From assembly GCA_977862235.1 (NCBI GenBank), contig OZ374560.1, positions 2,232,001 to 2,296,000 on the forward strand: a stretch of 64,000 bases of DNA, read 5' to 3'. The translations under genes were made by a program, and so were the position numbers. The notes under the pieces were generated by a model that did no database searches, was not told the origin of the DNA, and saw only the letters and a list, made by a program, of their open reading frames with translations. This DNA comes from Dudresnaya verticillata. Lineage: Eukaryota. Positions 49,301-59,739 of the stretch are shown one piece after another (within the stretch, counting starts at the first letter, position 1; each line of letters begins with the position of its first letter).

Positions 49301-50551
49301 CTTGGCAGGCCTCACAACCTCACCGTCCCTAACACGCAACAACACGTTTTCAGGCTTCACGTCCCTGTGAACAACGCTCTTCTCGTGCAGATGTGCGAGC
49401 GCAGCAGCCACATCCAGCGCGATACCCTTTCTCACAGCCATGTCCTCCACCGCTGCCGAGTATTCTTGAATCGCTTCGTGGAGGCTGCAGGTCATGCGTT
49501 CTAGAACAATCATCGGGTTGTGGCCGTCTTCTGTCTCATCGCTCTTCGCCCAGATGGCCCCATGTGCCTCCAAGATACAGCGATGCCGGTACTGAATCAG
49601 GCCGTGCACCTCACGCAAAAACTTTGGCTTGAACTTCTCCAGTTCCGGCTTCTTTACCCTTAGCTCTTTGACTGCCACTTCCAGGAATGTTTCACCTTGG
49701 CGGAGCTTCGCTTTGTACACCCTGCTGAAACCGCCTTCACCCAACTCGACCCATCCTCCCCTTCTGCCTTTCTCAAACACCAAGTCGTCAAACTTCAACT
49801 CCCACCGAGTCTGGAAGTCGTCTATCTTCTGCTGTAGCTTCCGTTTCACATCTTCCGGGACATCGCTTTTCGCTATCAACTTCATCGCCATGGGCAGCGA
49901 TGATATGAATTGGATCTCGTCCTCCTCCTCCTTATCAAGCTGTTCAGATTGTATACTCATTGTCGGGCCTGGAGAGTGGGGCGAGGTCTGACTGGGGCTA
50001 CTCGAGCTGCTCGGATCTGTTCCTTGAAGTCGCGCAGAAGTGGCATCGATTGAGACCACCTCATCTTGTGCCGTCACGTCTCCCGCAGAGGAAGAGCTCG
50101 GAACGTCTTTGATGACATGCTTGTGCAACAGTTCATATATTTCACTGAGGCGGGAGTCATGGATCTGAAAGTGTTTCACCATGAGCCGACAAGCATCCAA
50201 GTGTCTTTCTAGCCCTGTCACAAGGGATTGTACCTTTATGATCGCCTCACGAGCTTCGATGCTGCCTAGCAACGAGCGTAAAGGCTTTCGTTTGTCTACC
50301 TGCTGCGAAAGTGACTTCAAATGGGGCTGAATCATTTCCAACTCTGCTCTAATGTGGCTGCTGACATCGTCGTGGATGGCGGAGAGGTAGTCGTTGTTGC
50401 GAAAGTCTTGATAAGCCAAGCGAATACGTTGAATGCCATTGGCTATCGTCACGAAGGATGTTGCGTTTTGTTTGCGAGCTTCAAGACTATTACGAATGTG
50501 CTGAACAACCTTGATACTGGTCTCGACGAGAGAAATCACAGAGTCCACCAT
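46352..50551 (-). CDS. Helical-bundle / protein kinase / APAF-1-like helical / WD40-repeat protein, copy A (1399 aa from ATG 50551; 13 conserved WD40 repeats)
   Basis: Kinase motifs GEGGFS, VAVK, HRDVKPEN, DFG, GTVVFMPPE and DVWSFG; GH..WE repeats of 43 aa; ATG chosen because it is conserved in copy B. Confidence 0.93.
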   Translation of the reverse strand: MVDSVISLVETSIKVVQHIRNSLEARKQNATSFVTIANGIQRIRLAYQDFRNNDYLSAIHDDVSSHIRAELEMIQPHLKSLSQQVDKRKPLRSLLGSIEAREAIIKVQSLVTGLERHLDACRLMVKHFQIHDSRLSEIYELLHKHVIKDVPSSSSAGDVTAQDEVVSIDATSARLQGTDPSSSSSPSQTSPHSPGPTMSIQSEQLDKEEEDEIQFISSLPMAMKLIAKSDVPEDVKRKLQQKIDDFQTRWELKFDDLVFEKGRRGGWVELGEGGFSRVYKAKLRQGETFLEVAVKELRVKKPELEKFKPKFLREVHGLIQYRHRCILEAHGAIWAKSDETEDGHNPMIVLERMTCSLHEAIQEYSAAVEDMAVRKGIALDVAAALAHLHEKSVVHRDVKPENVLLRVRDGEVVRPAKLCDFGVSREVQVTKQMETYTLRSSRGAASGTVVFMPPEVLKDQRKAPTRPSWDVWSFGLLLCFLGGGETPFSELDFINAPSLAREGRLGAVAREWADSIGDEAMRTAALRCLRSKWKERCTMADVVAIISQGIPAPSDTELASLLLDPRWMTIDSSPLDIPGWKENVKELRWACLANGLVGEEDFDAGMELLRSAAQESWAFIVRNPRELMFQMQSRLVDSCDESWLVRRYLETASKVSPTPRVRSLTRCWNIPGGRQEMEIPCADSVWSLAVTGDEGKVVAGIRNKVVLIDLESSVVIREYVGHENAVWCVAVTPDGRHVVSGSEDETLRVWELGSGKPVGEPLRGHTRSVHCVAVTPDGRHVVSGSRDKTLRVWELGSGKPVGEPLHGHTRSVECVAVTPDGRHVVSGSGDKTLRVWALGSGKPVGEPLRGHTGEVQCVAVTPDGRHVVSGSRDKTLRVWELGSGKPVGEPLRGHTNTVLCVAVTPDGRHVVSGSWDETLRVWELGSGKPVGEPLRGHTDGVRCVAVTPDGRHVVSGSWDETLRVWELGSGKPVGEPLRGHTGSVRCVTVMPDGRHVVSGSWDETLRVWELGSGKPVGEPLRGHTCAVECVAVTPDGRHVVSGSSDETLRVWELGSGKPVGEPLRGHTGYVTCVAVTPDGRHVVSGSWDKTLRVWELGSGKPVGKPLRGHTGSVRCVTVTPDGRHVVSGSWDETLRVWELGSGKPVGEPLRGHKDSVECVAVTPDGRHVVSGSRDKTLRVWELGSGKSVGEPLRGHTYAVECVAVTPDGRHVVSGSSDETLRVWELGSGKPVGEPLRGHTDAVWFVAVTPDGRHVVSRSDDTLRVWELGSGKPVGEPKTFYSPVASVGCVGASTVKARDGNGNERYYEVSGNGLREIEAAVGRVRESEVLHGSGSHRSGSAAEAVVRVSGQSVRLGQDGPILATLPAALTEPGTWDYNAVEGRLVVGLRDGRVLVLEVET
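46730..48400 (-). repeat. 13 tandem 129-bp WD40 repeats with high internal conservation
   Basis: Consensus GEPLRGHTxxVxCVAVTPDGRHVVSGSxDxTLRVWELGSGKPV. Confidence 0.97.
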
Positions 50552-52179
50552 CGTGTGAAGGCAAAAAATGCCAACAGAAAGAAGCAACTGGATTTGGCCT
50601 TGTGATGAATCGGCAGTTGGCGAGCTTGACGATAGTGGAAACGACTCAAAAGCCGGATTTTGGGCGGCGGTTGACGGGGAACAGACCGTTGCTGTTTCGT
50701 ACTTGGAAAGTTCTTGTGAAGCAGAAAACGCTTGTGGGCTCGCGCCGTTCACGCCAGTATCCACCAAGGGTAGTGCACCTGGGTCGGGTGCGTACGAGTC
50801 TGTGAGTTCTCCGCGGTTTTTCTGAATATCGGTTGTGATGTCGACACCGCCGTTGGTGGTCACACAGCTCAGATGTATTCTCAGCCACAGACTCGCCTGC
50901 GGGACGCAACAAAGCGGGTCACTGGAAGCTGTATGACTTCATCTGCTTGCACACTTCTCCAGCCGAGTCGCAAGGACAGCCAAGAAATGCGGTCGAAACG
51001 GTTGTCGGGATTGGTCGGAACTGCTCCGAATCAGCACAAGCGGGCAAACTTGTTGTAAGTGCGGAAGCAGCCCTTGAGCGACAACAAGCACAGCAGAATC
51101 AGTCAGCCATTGGCGTTCCGCGCTTGACGGTGGGACATTGCCAGGGACGGTTCTGCACTGTTGGCATCACCAAACAATTGCTCGCGCAAGCACTTCATGC
51201 GGTACCCAACCGGACCAACTACTGCGTTGAATGCACACACATCTCCCCGTCCACCATCGCGCAATACACTACGCGCCGGCAAATCTCGTTCTCGCGAGGC
51301 AGGCACAACTTGTGCCCGACGCTGCGGCACACACTTCTTGCGCATGCTTGTGGTTCCCACAGCGAGCGTCCCGGAGGCGCGGCTTTCGCGCGCAGCTTGT
51401 CCGCCGCTAGCGGGCGCTGTCGACGGGCGGCGCCGCTGAGCTCCACGAGCAGCAGCGTGGCAGATGTTGGTGCGGACGACGGACGGCGTTCGGCGTGGGT
51501 GGGTGGCGGTTGGTGTTGACGCAGCCTTGAGAGCGCCATGGTGCTCGCGCCACGCTCCGTACGGCAGCTGCGGAGAAACGAAAGACACAGACCTGCGCAC
51601 TTTCGTTTCGGCGACCGGCGGCAGAGCGTAATTTGGAAAATCGGTAACTGTTTTGACGCGTTTGTAATTGACGTGTGCAAGACGTTCTGTCCGTGTTGTA
51701 CAACGGGGCGGACGCCGGCCATCCAACGTATGCCTCTTGGCAGCAATGCAACGCATTCATTTACAAGTGAGTTTGGACGGGTCAGGAGAGTATGCTTCCC
51801 GCAGCGAATAAATGCAACAGGCAACATCATACGGACTAGAGACGAAGCATCTTGAAGCTGCTGCGAGAAAGATTGGAGTCCAGGTGTACTGCAGGGTTAT
51901 CCGAGATGGGTTGACACATACAATCGAGCGCAGAAGCGTCCCTGTGCATGTTGGGCTTGCCATGGAGGGATCAAGCTGAGTTAAGATCAGCGAGGTGGTC
52001 GTCTCTCGCATCTCCCAGTAGGTCAGAATAGACCTGAACACTTACTTGCTGATAACCGAGGCACAGCAGTGAGTCTGATGATCGGGCTTTTGTCTAAGGC
52101 ATCATCTCGCAATAAAGAGCACTCGATAGAATTTTCCATTAAATTCTTCGTTAAGAGCCATTACACACTCAACGACTCC

Positions 52180-52620
52180 CTATTTGTCATTCATTGAAGC
52201 TAAATGCACATATAGCACGGACAAGAATTACAATGAGTCCCAGAATCTTGCGAACCTTACCATAATAAAGCAATTCAATTCAACACAGAAGGTCCAGCCC
52301 CTCGCCCAATCTCTCCAAGCCCTGTCGCTCCCAGAACCACTCGCCGCTGATATCTGCGCCATCTCTGACACAATCCCATCTATCCGGGACGCCTGCAGCC
52401 ACGCGTTTCCCCTGTCTACTTCCCACCCTCAACCCAGTCGGTCCCCACGTAACTGATCCCTTTCCGAAGGATAGCTCCACCCCCTTTACCGGTCATAGGA
52501 TACTTTTAATGGATGTCATCAAGAATAACCTTAACAACTGTAGCTTGCCGGTGTGCTTGCCCATGGGCCATCGTCGCCCGCACAAGACCACCCTAAACAA
52601 CCATTAAAATCAAGCATCAC
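52180..52620 (+). mobile_element. 3' end of family-4 repeat inserted in duplication unit B (insert spans about 51830-52620)
   Basis: VQPLAQSLQALSLPEPLAADICAISDTIPSIRDACSHAFPL and the tail are homologous to 22137-22605; absent from unit A. Confidence 0.65.
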
Positions 52621-53604
52621 AATATAATGCCGACTGGTAGTATTGCATACTTTGTGGGTGTGCTAGTTGCTGTGTCCTCGCTCTTTCCACATGCTATCAA
52701 ACACAATGGAGCTCATTTGTGTACAACACGTCTGGTCGCATATTCGGTTTCTAGTACGTGGGCAGCTTCCCAAATCCTTCCATAGGCAGTGAATGACTTG
52801 GTCGAGTATGACCAATGCGCACCGATTCTCACTACTCGCCCAGTCATCAATGAACAATCCATACCGACAGCGAAGCCATTGTGCATAGTTGTCCGGCAGA
52901 CCAAGTCTCTTGATCCAAACTGCAGCAGCAGCGGTGTTGTGGATCAACGCCTTTGTGCGTCACAATGTCTAAACCGTTCCCACTGGAGGCGTGGCGCCGA
53001 AGGGTGTAACACAAAGTGCGGTCGCGTGCGCTCTGACGCGGGACGCGCAACGGCCCACACAAAACGACGCACGTGTCCAGACGCGCGCTGCACGCCCAAC
53101 CAGCGCGCAGAACGCGGAACGCATCGTCTGCCACTTCTTAGAGCGCCGCGCTCCCCGTCGCTGAGTTTCTTCCTCTTCTCTGCAATGGCGCAACACACTT
53201 TCTCCGCACTCGACATTGCCTTTGCTTTCCTTTACGTCTCCACCTCCAACACCAACACACGTCCGCTTAGCAGCCCGACGACCAGTCGACCTTCCGCAGC
53301 ATTGTAGTCCCACGTCCCAACCACGGGCAAAGCTGCCGGAAGGGTCGCGAGAATCGGCCCGTCCTGCCCGAGGCGCACTGACCGCCCCGAGACCCGTACG
53401 ACAGCCTCCGCTGCAGACCCGCTCCGATGGCTTCCACTCCCGCGCAGCACTTCACTCTCACGAACTCTTCCAACAGCCGCCTCTATCTCCCGCAGACCAT
53501 TTCCACTCACCTCAAAGTAACGCTCGTTCCCTTTCCCATCACGAGCCTTCACAGTACTCGCCCCAAAACTTCCAACACTCAGAACAGGTGACGAGAACGC
53601 TTCC

Positions 53605-54640
53605 GGTTCGCCCACGGGCTTGCCGTTCCCCAACTCCCACACCCGCAACGTCTCGTCCCCCGACCCGGACACGACGTGCCGCCCGTCTGGCGTCACCGCC
53701 ACGCACCACACCCCATTCGTGTGACCGCGCAACGGCTCCCCCACGGGCTTGCCGCTCCCCAACTCCCACACCCGCAACGTCTCGTCCCCCGACCCGGACA
53801 CGACGTGCCGCCCGTCTGGCGTCACCGCCACGCACCGCACCCAACTCGTGTGACCGCGCAACGGCTCCCCCACGGGCTTGCCGCTCCCCAACTCCCACAC
53901 CCGCAACGTCTTGTCCATCGACCCGGACACGACGTGCCGCCCGTCTGGCGTCACCGCCACGCACCGCACCCAACTCGTGTGACCGCGCAACGGCTCCCCC
54001 ACGGGCTTGCCGCTCCGCAACTCCCACACCCGCAACGTCTCGTCCCACGACCCGGACACGACGTGCCGCCCGTCTGGCGTCACCGCCACGCACTGCACCC
54101 AATGCGTGTGACCGCGCAACGGCTCCCCCACGGGCTTGCCGCTCCCCAACTCCCACACCCGCAACGTGCTATCCGTCGACCCGGACACGACGTGCCGCCC
54201 GTCTGGCGTCACCGCCACGCATCACACCCCATTCGTGTGACCGCGCAACGGCTCCCCCACGGGCTTGCCGCTCCCCAACTCCCACACCCGCAACGTCTCG
54301 TCCCGCGACCCGGACACGACGTGCCGCCCGTCTGGCGTCATCGCCACGCACTGTACCCAACTCGTGTGACCGCGCAACGGCTCCCCCACGGGCTTGCCGC
54401 TCCCCAACTCCCACACCCGCAACGTGCTATCCGTCGACCCGGACACGACGTGCCGCCCATCTGGCGTCACCGCCACGCACAGCACCCAATCCGTGTGACC
54501 GCGCAACGGCTCCCCCACGGGCTTGCCGCTCCCCAACTCCCACACCCGCAACGTCTCGTCTTCCGACCCGGACACGACGTGCCGCCCGTCTGGCGTCACC
54601 GCCACGCACCACACCCTATTCTCGTGGCCGATGTACTCGC
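53605..54640 (-). repeat. 8 tandem 129-bp WD40 repeats
   Basis: Same consensus as 46730-48400 with different variable codons. Confidence 0.97.
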
Positions 54641-55112
54641 GGATGACAACACTGCTTTCCAAGTCCATGAGCACTACTTTGTTCCCAATTCCTGCCACAA
54701 CTTTTCCCTCATCCCCTGTCACAGCCAAGCTCTCTACACTGTCCGCACATGGGATTTCCATCTCTTGTCGACCACCAGGAATGTTCCAGCACCGAGTTAA
54801 TGATCGAACTCGAGGTGTGGGGGACACCTTGCTGGCCGTCTCAAGGTACCGCCGCACGAGCCATGACTCATCGCATGAGTCCACCAACCGCGACTGCATC
54901 TGGAACATCAGCTCCCTCGGGTTTCGAAAAATGAACGGCCAGCTCTCTCGCGCTGCTGACCGCAGCAACTTCATGCCCGTATCGAAATCTTCTTCACCAA
55001 CCAACCCATTTGCCAAGCACGCCCACCGCAACTCGTTCACATTCTCCTTCCACCCAGAGATGTCCAAAGGACTGGTATCTATGGTCATCCATCGTGGGTC
55101 AAGAAGAACGTT

Positions 55113-55346
55113 GGCAAATTCCACATCTTTCGGAGCATCAACCCCGACCCCTGGTACATTCCGCGAGACTATCCCCAACAGATCCGCCATGGCAAATTCT
55201 GCGTCACTCGGAGTATCAACCCTGAGCTCTGGTACATCCCGCGAGATCGTCCCCACCACATCTGCCATGGCTGATTCAGCGTCACTAGGAGCATCATTCC
55301 CGACCCCTGGTATACCCTGCGAAATAATCGCCACCACATCAGCCAT
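55113..55346 (-). repeat. Three diverged 78-bp (26-aa) coding repeats MADxxxxxSxxxPxxxxDxPxDxExA
   Basis: ATG codons at 55346, 55268 and 55190; copy A has only one shortened unit. Confidence 0.88.
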
Positions 55347-58300
55347 AGTGCAACGCTCCTTCCACTTCGACCGTAAACAACGCAACGCAGCCGTCCTCAT
55401 CGCCTCATCCCCAATGGAGTCCGCCCACCGTCGTGCGACTGCTCCAAGCTGATCCTCTCTTGCTAGACTCGGGGCGTTAATGAAATCCAGTTCCGAAAAG
55501 GACGTCGCCCCACCCCCCAGGAAACATAAAAGTAGTCCAAAGCTCCACACATCCCACGACGGACGCGTCGGCGCCTTTCTTTGGTCCTTGAGCACCTCTG
55601 GTGGCATGTAAACAACCGTCCCTGACGCAGCTCCTCTACTACTCCTCAGCGTATACGTCTCCATCTGCTTTGTCACCTGCACTTCTCGCGACACGCCAAA
55701 GTCGCACAGCTTGGCAGGCCTCACAACCTCGCTGTTCCTAACACACAGCAACACGTTTTCAGGTTTCACGTCCCTGTGAACAACACTCTTCTCGTGCAGA
55801 TGAGCGAGCGCGGCAGCCACATCCAGCGCGATACCCTTTCTCACTGCCATGTCCTCCACAGCTGCCCAGTGCTTTTGAATCGCTTTGTGGAGGCTGCATG
55901 TCATACGTTCTAGAACAATCATCGGGTTGTGAACGTCTTCAGTCGCACCGATCCTCGCCCAGATGGCACCATGTGCCTTCAAGATACAACGATGCCGGTA
56001 CTGAATAAGGGCGTGCATCTCACGCAAAAACTTTGGCTTGAACTTCTCCAGTTCCGACTCCTCTACTTTCAGTTCTTTGACTGCCACTTCCAGGAATGTT
56101 TCACCTTGGCGGAGCTTCGCTTTGTACACCCTGCTGAAACCGCCTTCACCCAACTCGACCCATCCTCCCCTTCTGCCTTTCTCAAACACCAAGTCGTCAA
56201 ACTTCAACTCCCACCGAGTCTGGAAGTCGTCTATCTTCTGCTGTAGCTTCCGTTTCACATCTTCCGGGACACCGCTTTTCGCTATCAACTTCATCGCCAT
56301 GGGCAGGGATGATATGAATTGGATCTCGTCCTCCTCCTCCTTATCAAGCTGTTCAGATTGTATACTCCTTGTCGGGCCTGGAGAGTGGGGCGAGGTCTGA
56401 CTGGGGCTACTCGAGCTGCTCGGATCTGTTCCTTGAAGTCGCGCAGAAGTGGCATCGATTGAGACCACCTCATCTTGTGCCGTCACGTCTCCCGCAGAGG
56501 AAGAGCCCGGAACGTCTTTGATGACATGCTTGTGCAACAGGTCATATATTTCACTGAGGCGGGAGTCATGGATCTGAAAGTGTTTCACCATGAGCCGACA
56601 AGCATCCAAGTGTCTTTCTAGCCCTGTCACAAGGGATTGTACCTTTGTGATCGCCTCACGAGCTCCGATACTGCCTAGCAACGAGCGGAAAGGCTTTCGA
56701 TTGTGTACCTGCTGCGAAAGTGCCTCCAAATGGGGCTGAACCATTTCCAACTCTGCTCTAATGTGGCTGCTGACATCGTCGTGGATGGCGGAGAGGTGGT
56801 GGTTGTTGCGAAAGTCTTGATAAGCCACGCGAATACGTTGAATGCCATTGGCTATCGTCACGAAGGATGTTGCGTTTTGTTTGCGAGCTTCAAGACTATT
56901 ACGAATGTGCTGAACAACCTTGATACTGGTCTCGAGGAGAGAAAGCACAGAGTCCACCATCGTGTGAAGGCAAAAAACGTCAACCGAAAGAAGCAACGGG
57001 ATTTGGTCTTGTGATGAATCGGCAGTTGGCGAGCTTGACGGTAGTGGGAAGCGGCTTAAAAGCCGGAGTTTTGAGTGGCGGTTGACGGCGAACAGGTTGC
57101 TGCGGTTGCTGTTTCGTACTCTGGAAGTTTTCTCAAAGAGAAAGCGCTTGGTTGGTTGCTTGCCGAAAGCGTTTATGGGCTCGCGTCGTTGACGCCAGTA
57201 TGCACCAAGTGAAACAAAACTCGTTTACTCATCGCCGACGCCGAGCTAAAAGGGCCGAATGAAATCAACGCAAAAATAACCAAAAAGCTAGAAAGTGGCG
57301 GACAGAAAAGCCGCTCTGCGCGTACTCCCGACGTGTTCTTGATGAGAGCTCACCAGGTCCGCACGCCACCACAGTACAGTATAAGCGAAGTACTTGTGGA
57401 GGGCCTCTTACGTCAGCACGTCAGTACAGTAGCTGCGCCGGTCGAGTACGGCACTGTACCGCGAAAGCGCCACGTCCTTGTTTCGCCAAGGCGTATGCTG
57501 CGCGGGGCGGGTGCAACTTCGACCCCGGCGTCGGCGGTGACACAGGTCAGATAAATTCCCAGTCACAGACTGAGCCCGCAACAATGCCGGTCACTGAGGC
57601 GGGTGCAAGACTCATCTCCGAGGGGAACAATCAGAGGAAGAAGCAGAGAAAGGAATGGGTCGCTGCTCAACCACGAAGAAAACCGGCCGGTTGTGATGGT
57701 GACAATAACGTTGGTTGTGAGAGGAAAATAGGATTCCTGTCCAGGGGCAATCATAGCGCTCCCCCTCTATCTACTCGCCTTCCACGCCACCCCTGCTGTT
57801 CTGTTTCAATACTTGTCTGAGACGAGGTCGCTGCGCCAGTGGATAAGCAACTGCGTTCCTTGCCGCACATTACAATGTATCTGGCCCTTCCCAACCTCAC
57901 AGTAGTGTGCCCCGAGCCTTCTAGGACAGAGACCGTCAACAAAAGCATGACAAGCACCGCCTACTACAGTACTTCGCCGTTCTTCCCATGGGCACGGAGA
58001 AGAAGTGCGTCATCATGACGCTCATCACGCGACGATGCTAGCCACGCCAAACACCAATACAGAGAGAACATATCTCTCGGCTGCCCTTTTACCCACCACA
58101 AACCCTGCCCAGCTCCAAATCTTCACCCTTGTCGCAACGCCCGCGAGATCCGCGAGGATGCGAGAGCGCGGTATCTACCACACACTCAGCGCAGCCTCAT
58201 ACACTTTCTACATCTGCTCGAATGAGTGAGTGAAGTAACAGTACGCCGCTCCAGAGCCGCACCTTCCATAACAAATGGTATCATATGGGTGCAGTAAGAA

Positions 58301-59739
58301 GACAAGCACACACGCGCGCCGACCTGTCCAACCTGCGGCGCCATGCTGCAGTATGCACGCAGAAGCCGATCGCGAGGTGTACGTGGCGCGGGCTCCAGCA
58401 TTGCACGCGCTTGTTCTTGCCAGGCTGCGGGAGCACCTACACGGGGCGAATGGCTGTTACGGACCTGGACAGCGTGAACAACTGCGGTTTTGCAGCAGGG
58501 TCAGGTGCCCCCTCTCGGAGGTTGAAGGGCAGGCAAGGGAATTTTGCATCGGTGAGGGAGGAGAAGCATGTTCGCATTGGTTGACGAGCACGTGATATTT
58601 TCGTGCAACAATATTGTACAAGTTCAGTGACAGCTCTCGAGATTTCTTCTCTTGCGCAAGCGATTGTCTGTTTGGCTCCGGACGCATGTGGCATTGACTC
58701 CGTGTTTGGTCGCGCATGCATCGCTCTCTGCCGGCACAAAGTGACAAAGTATCAAGTCCTTCCACAGCTCCTGCTCTGCTGAAAAACCTCTTACGGTCAA
58801 GGTCAACGCTTGAAAACAACTCGCTGTCTCCCGGCTCGTCTAGTTTCGATTGTACTCCAACACGTCGCCTGTACTGTGAACCTTCGCCGCCTTCTCAGCA
58901 CTCCCGTCCTTCCTCGGATGTCCCTTCCCCTAATGGCATCCTCTAGAGGGCACGGATAGCCATCGGAGACGCCAAGACGGAAGCTTGTCTTACTGAGAAA
59001 ATATTTCTGCAGTTGCTTCCATGCCGGCAGATTATTCAGAGAGAGAGATGCACTTGACTCCGCGAGATGCTACTACTGTAGTCCCATAACAAAGGGGGCT
59101 CCGCAAAGATCAGACAATCATCAGGGCCTCTACAGACGATGATATCATCCTCTATCAATGCGACCATCATTAGTCATCCGGCTTACACACACTATTCAGA
59201 AACGTTTCTTCCTATCACTATCGAGTACGCGCAATCCGGGCTGCAAGCGAGCTCATACAGTTCAGTACAGTTCATGTTGCATGAGAGTTGCATCAGCCCT
59301 TCAAAACATTGCATTCTTTGATCGTTTGGCATGGTCGGGTGTGAACATCATCATCATCATCGTGTGAACATTGGAAATGAACATATGGGGCGCTCTGTGC
59401 CTCAGAGTCTGCGATCGCGATAGCAGCTGTGTGCTCCAGAACGGACAAGGTTGCATCCTCGTCTTTCTCAGAGCACTTCCCGCACGGTATCTGAGCGCAG
59501 ATTCTGAAACCTTCTTTACCGCTCTTACATCATGTCCGTACGCAAGGTCGCAACCTTGGTCGCAACCTTGCATTTCAGAGCCCACCTCTGTTTCCCTTCA
59601 TGAGCACGATGTAGTGACTACTGCATAAATACCTACGCTAGGTTTCCTTCCGATGCGAAAAGCCCTCCTCATCAACCTTTCCTCTTCAACAACCGTCTTT
59701 CATCACTCGTCTTTACGCTTCTATCCCGCTCCCACAAAA

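Larger units (their letters stand above)
53232..56960 (-). pseudogene. Kinase-WD40 protein copy B (8 WD40 repeats) with in-frame TGA in repeat 4
   Basis: Highly similar to copy A; ORFs 54222-56996 and 53232-54218 are in the same frame, separated by TGA at 54222-54224 (TGG in sister repeat 8). Confidence 0.88.
41235..57209. repeat. Tandem segmental duplication: unit A about 41235-50769, unit B about 51750-57209
   Basis: 41308-41871 matches 52618-53179; 46291-50769 matches 53171-57209; 41235-41305 matches 51750-51822 more weakly. Confidence 0.92.

Noticed and set aside
50552..50863. 104-aa N-terminal extension of kinase copy A
   Set aside because: Starts at GTG, and the frame is not preserved in copy B; the ATG at 50551/56960 is conserved.
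54222..54224. Selenocysteine or programmed readthrough at the TGA
   Set aside because: The sister repeat has TGG, the site is a variable non-catalytic position, and no SECIS was identified.
41872..54640. Diversity-generating retroelement (RT next to hypervariable repeats)
   Set aside because: The RT is a non-LTR RLE element with a TSD, is absent from the equally variable copy B locus, and is dispersed as fragments. No non-coding template repeat is seen, and variation is not obviously adenine-restricted.
46730..54640. CRISPR-like array (constant repeats with variable parts)
   Set aside because: Units are 129-bp in-frame WD40 codons with only a few variable codons; there are no spacers or cas genes.
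46270..54800. Long alternative ORFs (46270-48408, 46659-47984, 46793-48562, 53216-54646, 53676-54800)
   Set aside because: Shadow frames of the GC-rich, stop-free WD40 repeat.
58285..58584. Zinc-finger-like SNLRRH motif
   Set aside because: Lacks the CxxC and second His; at most a decayed remnant.
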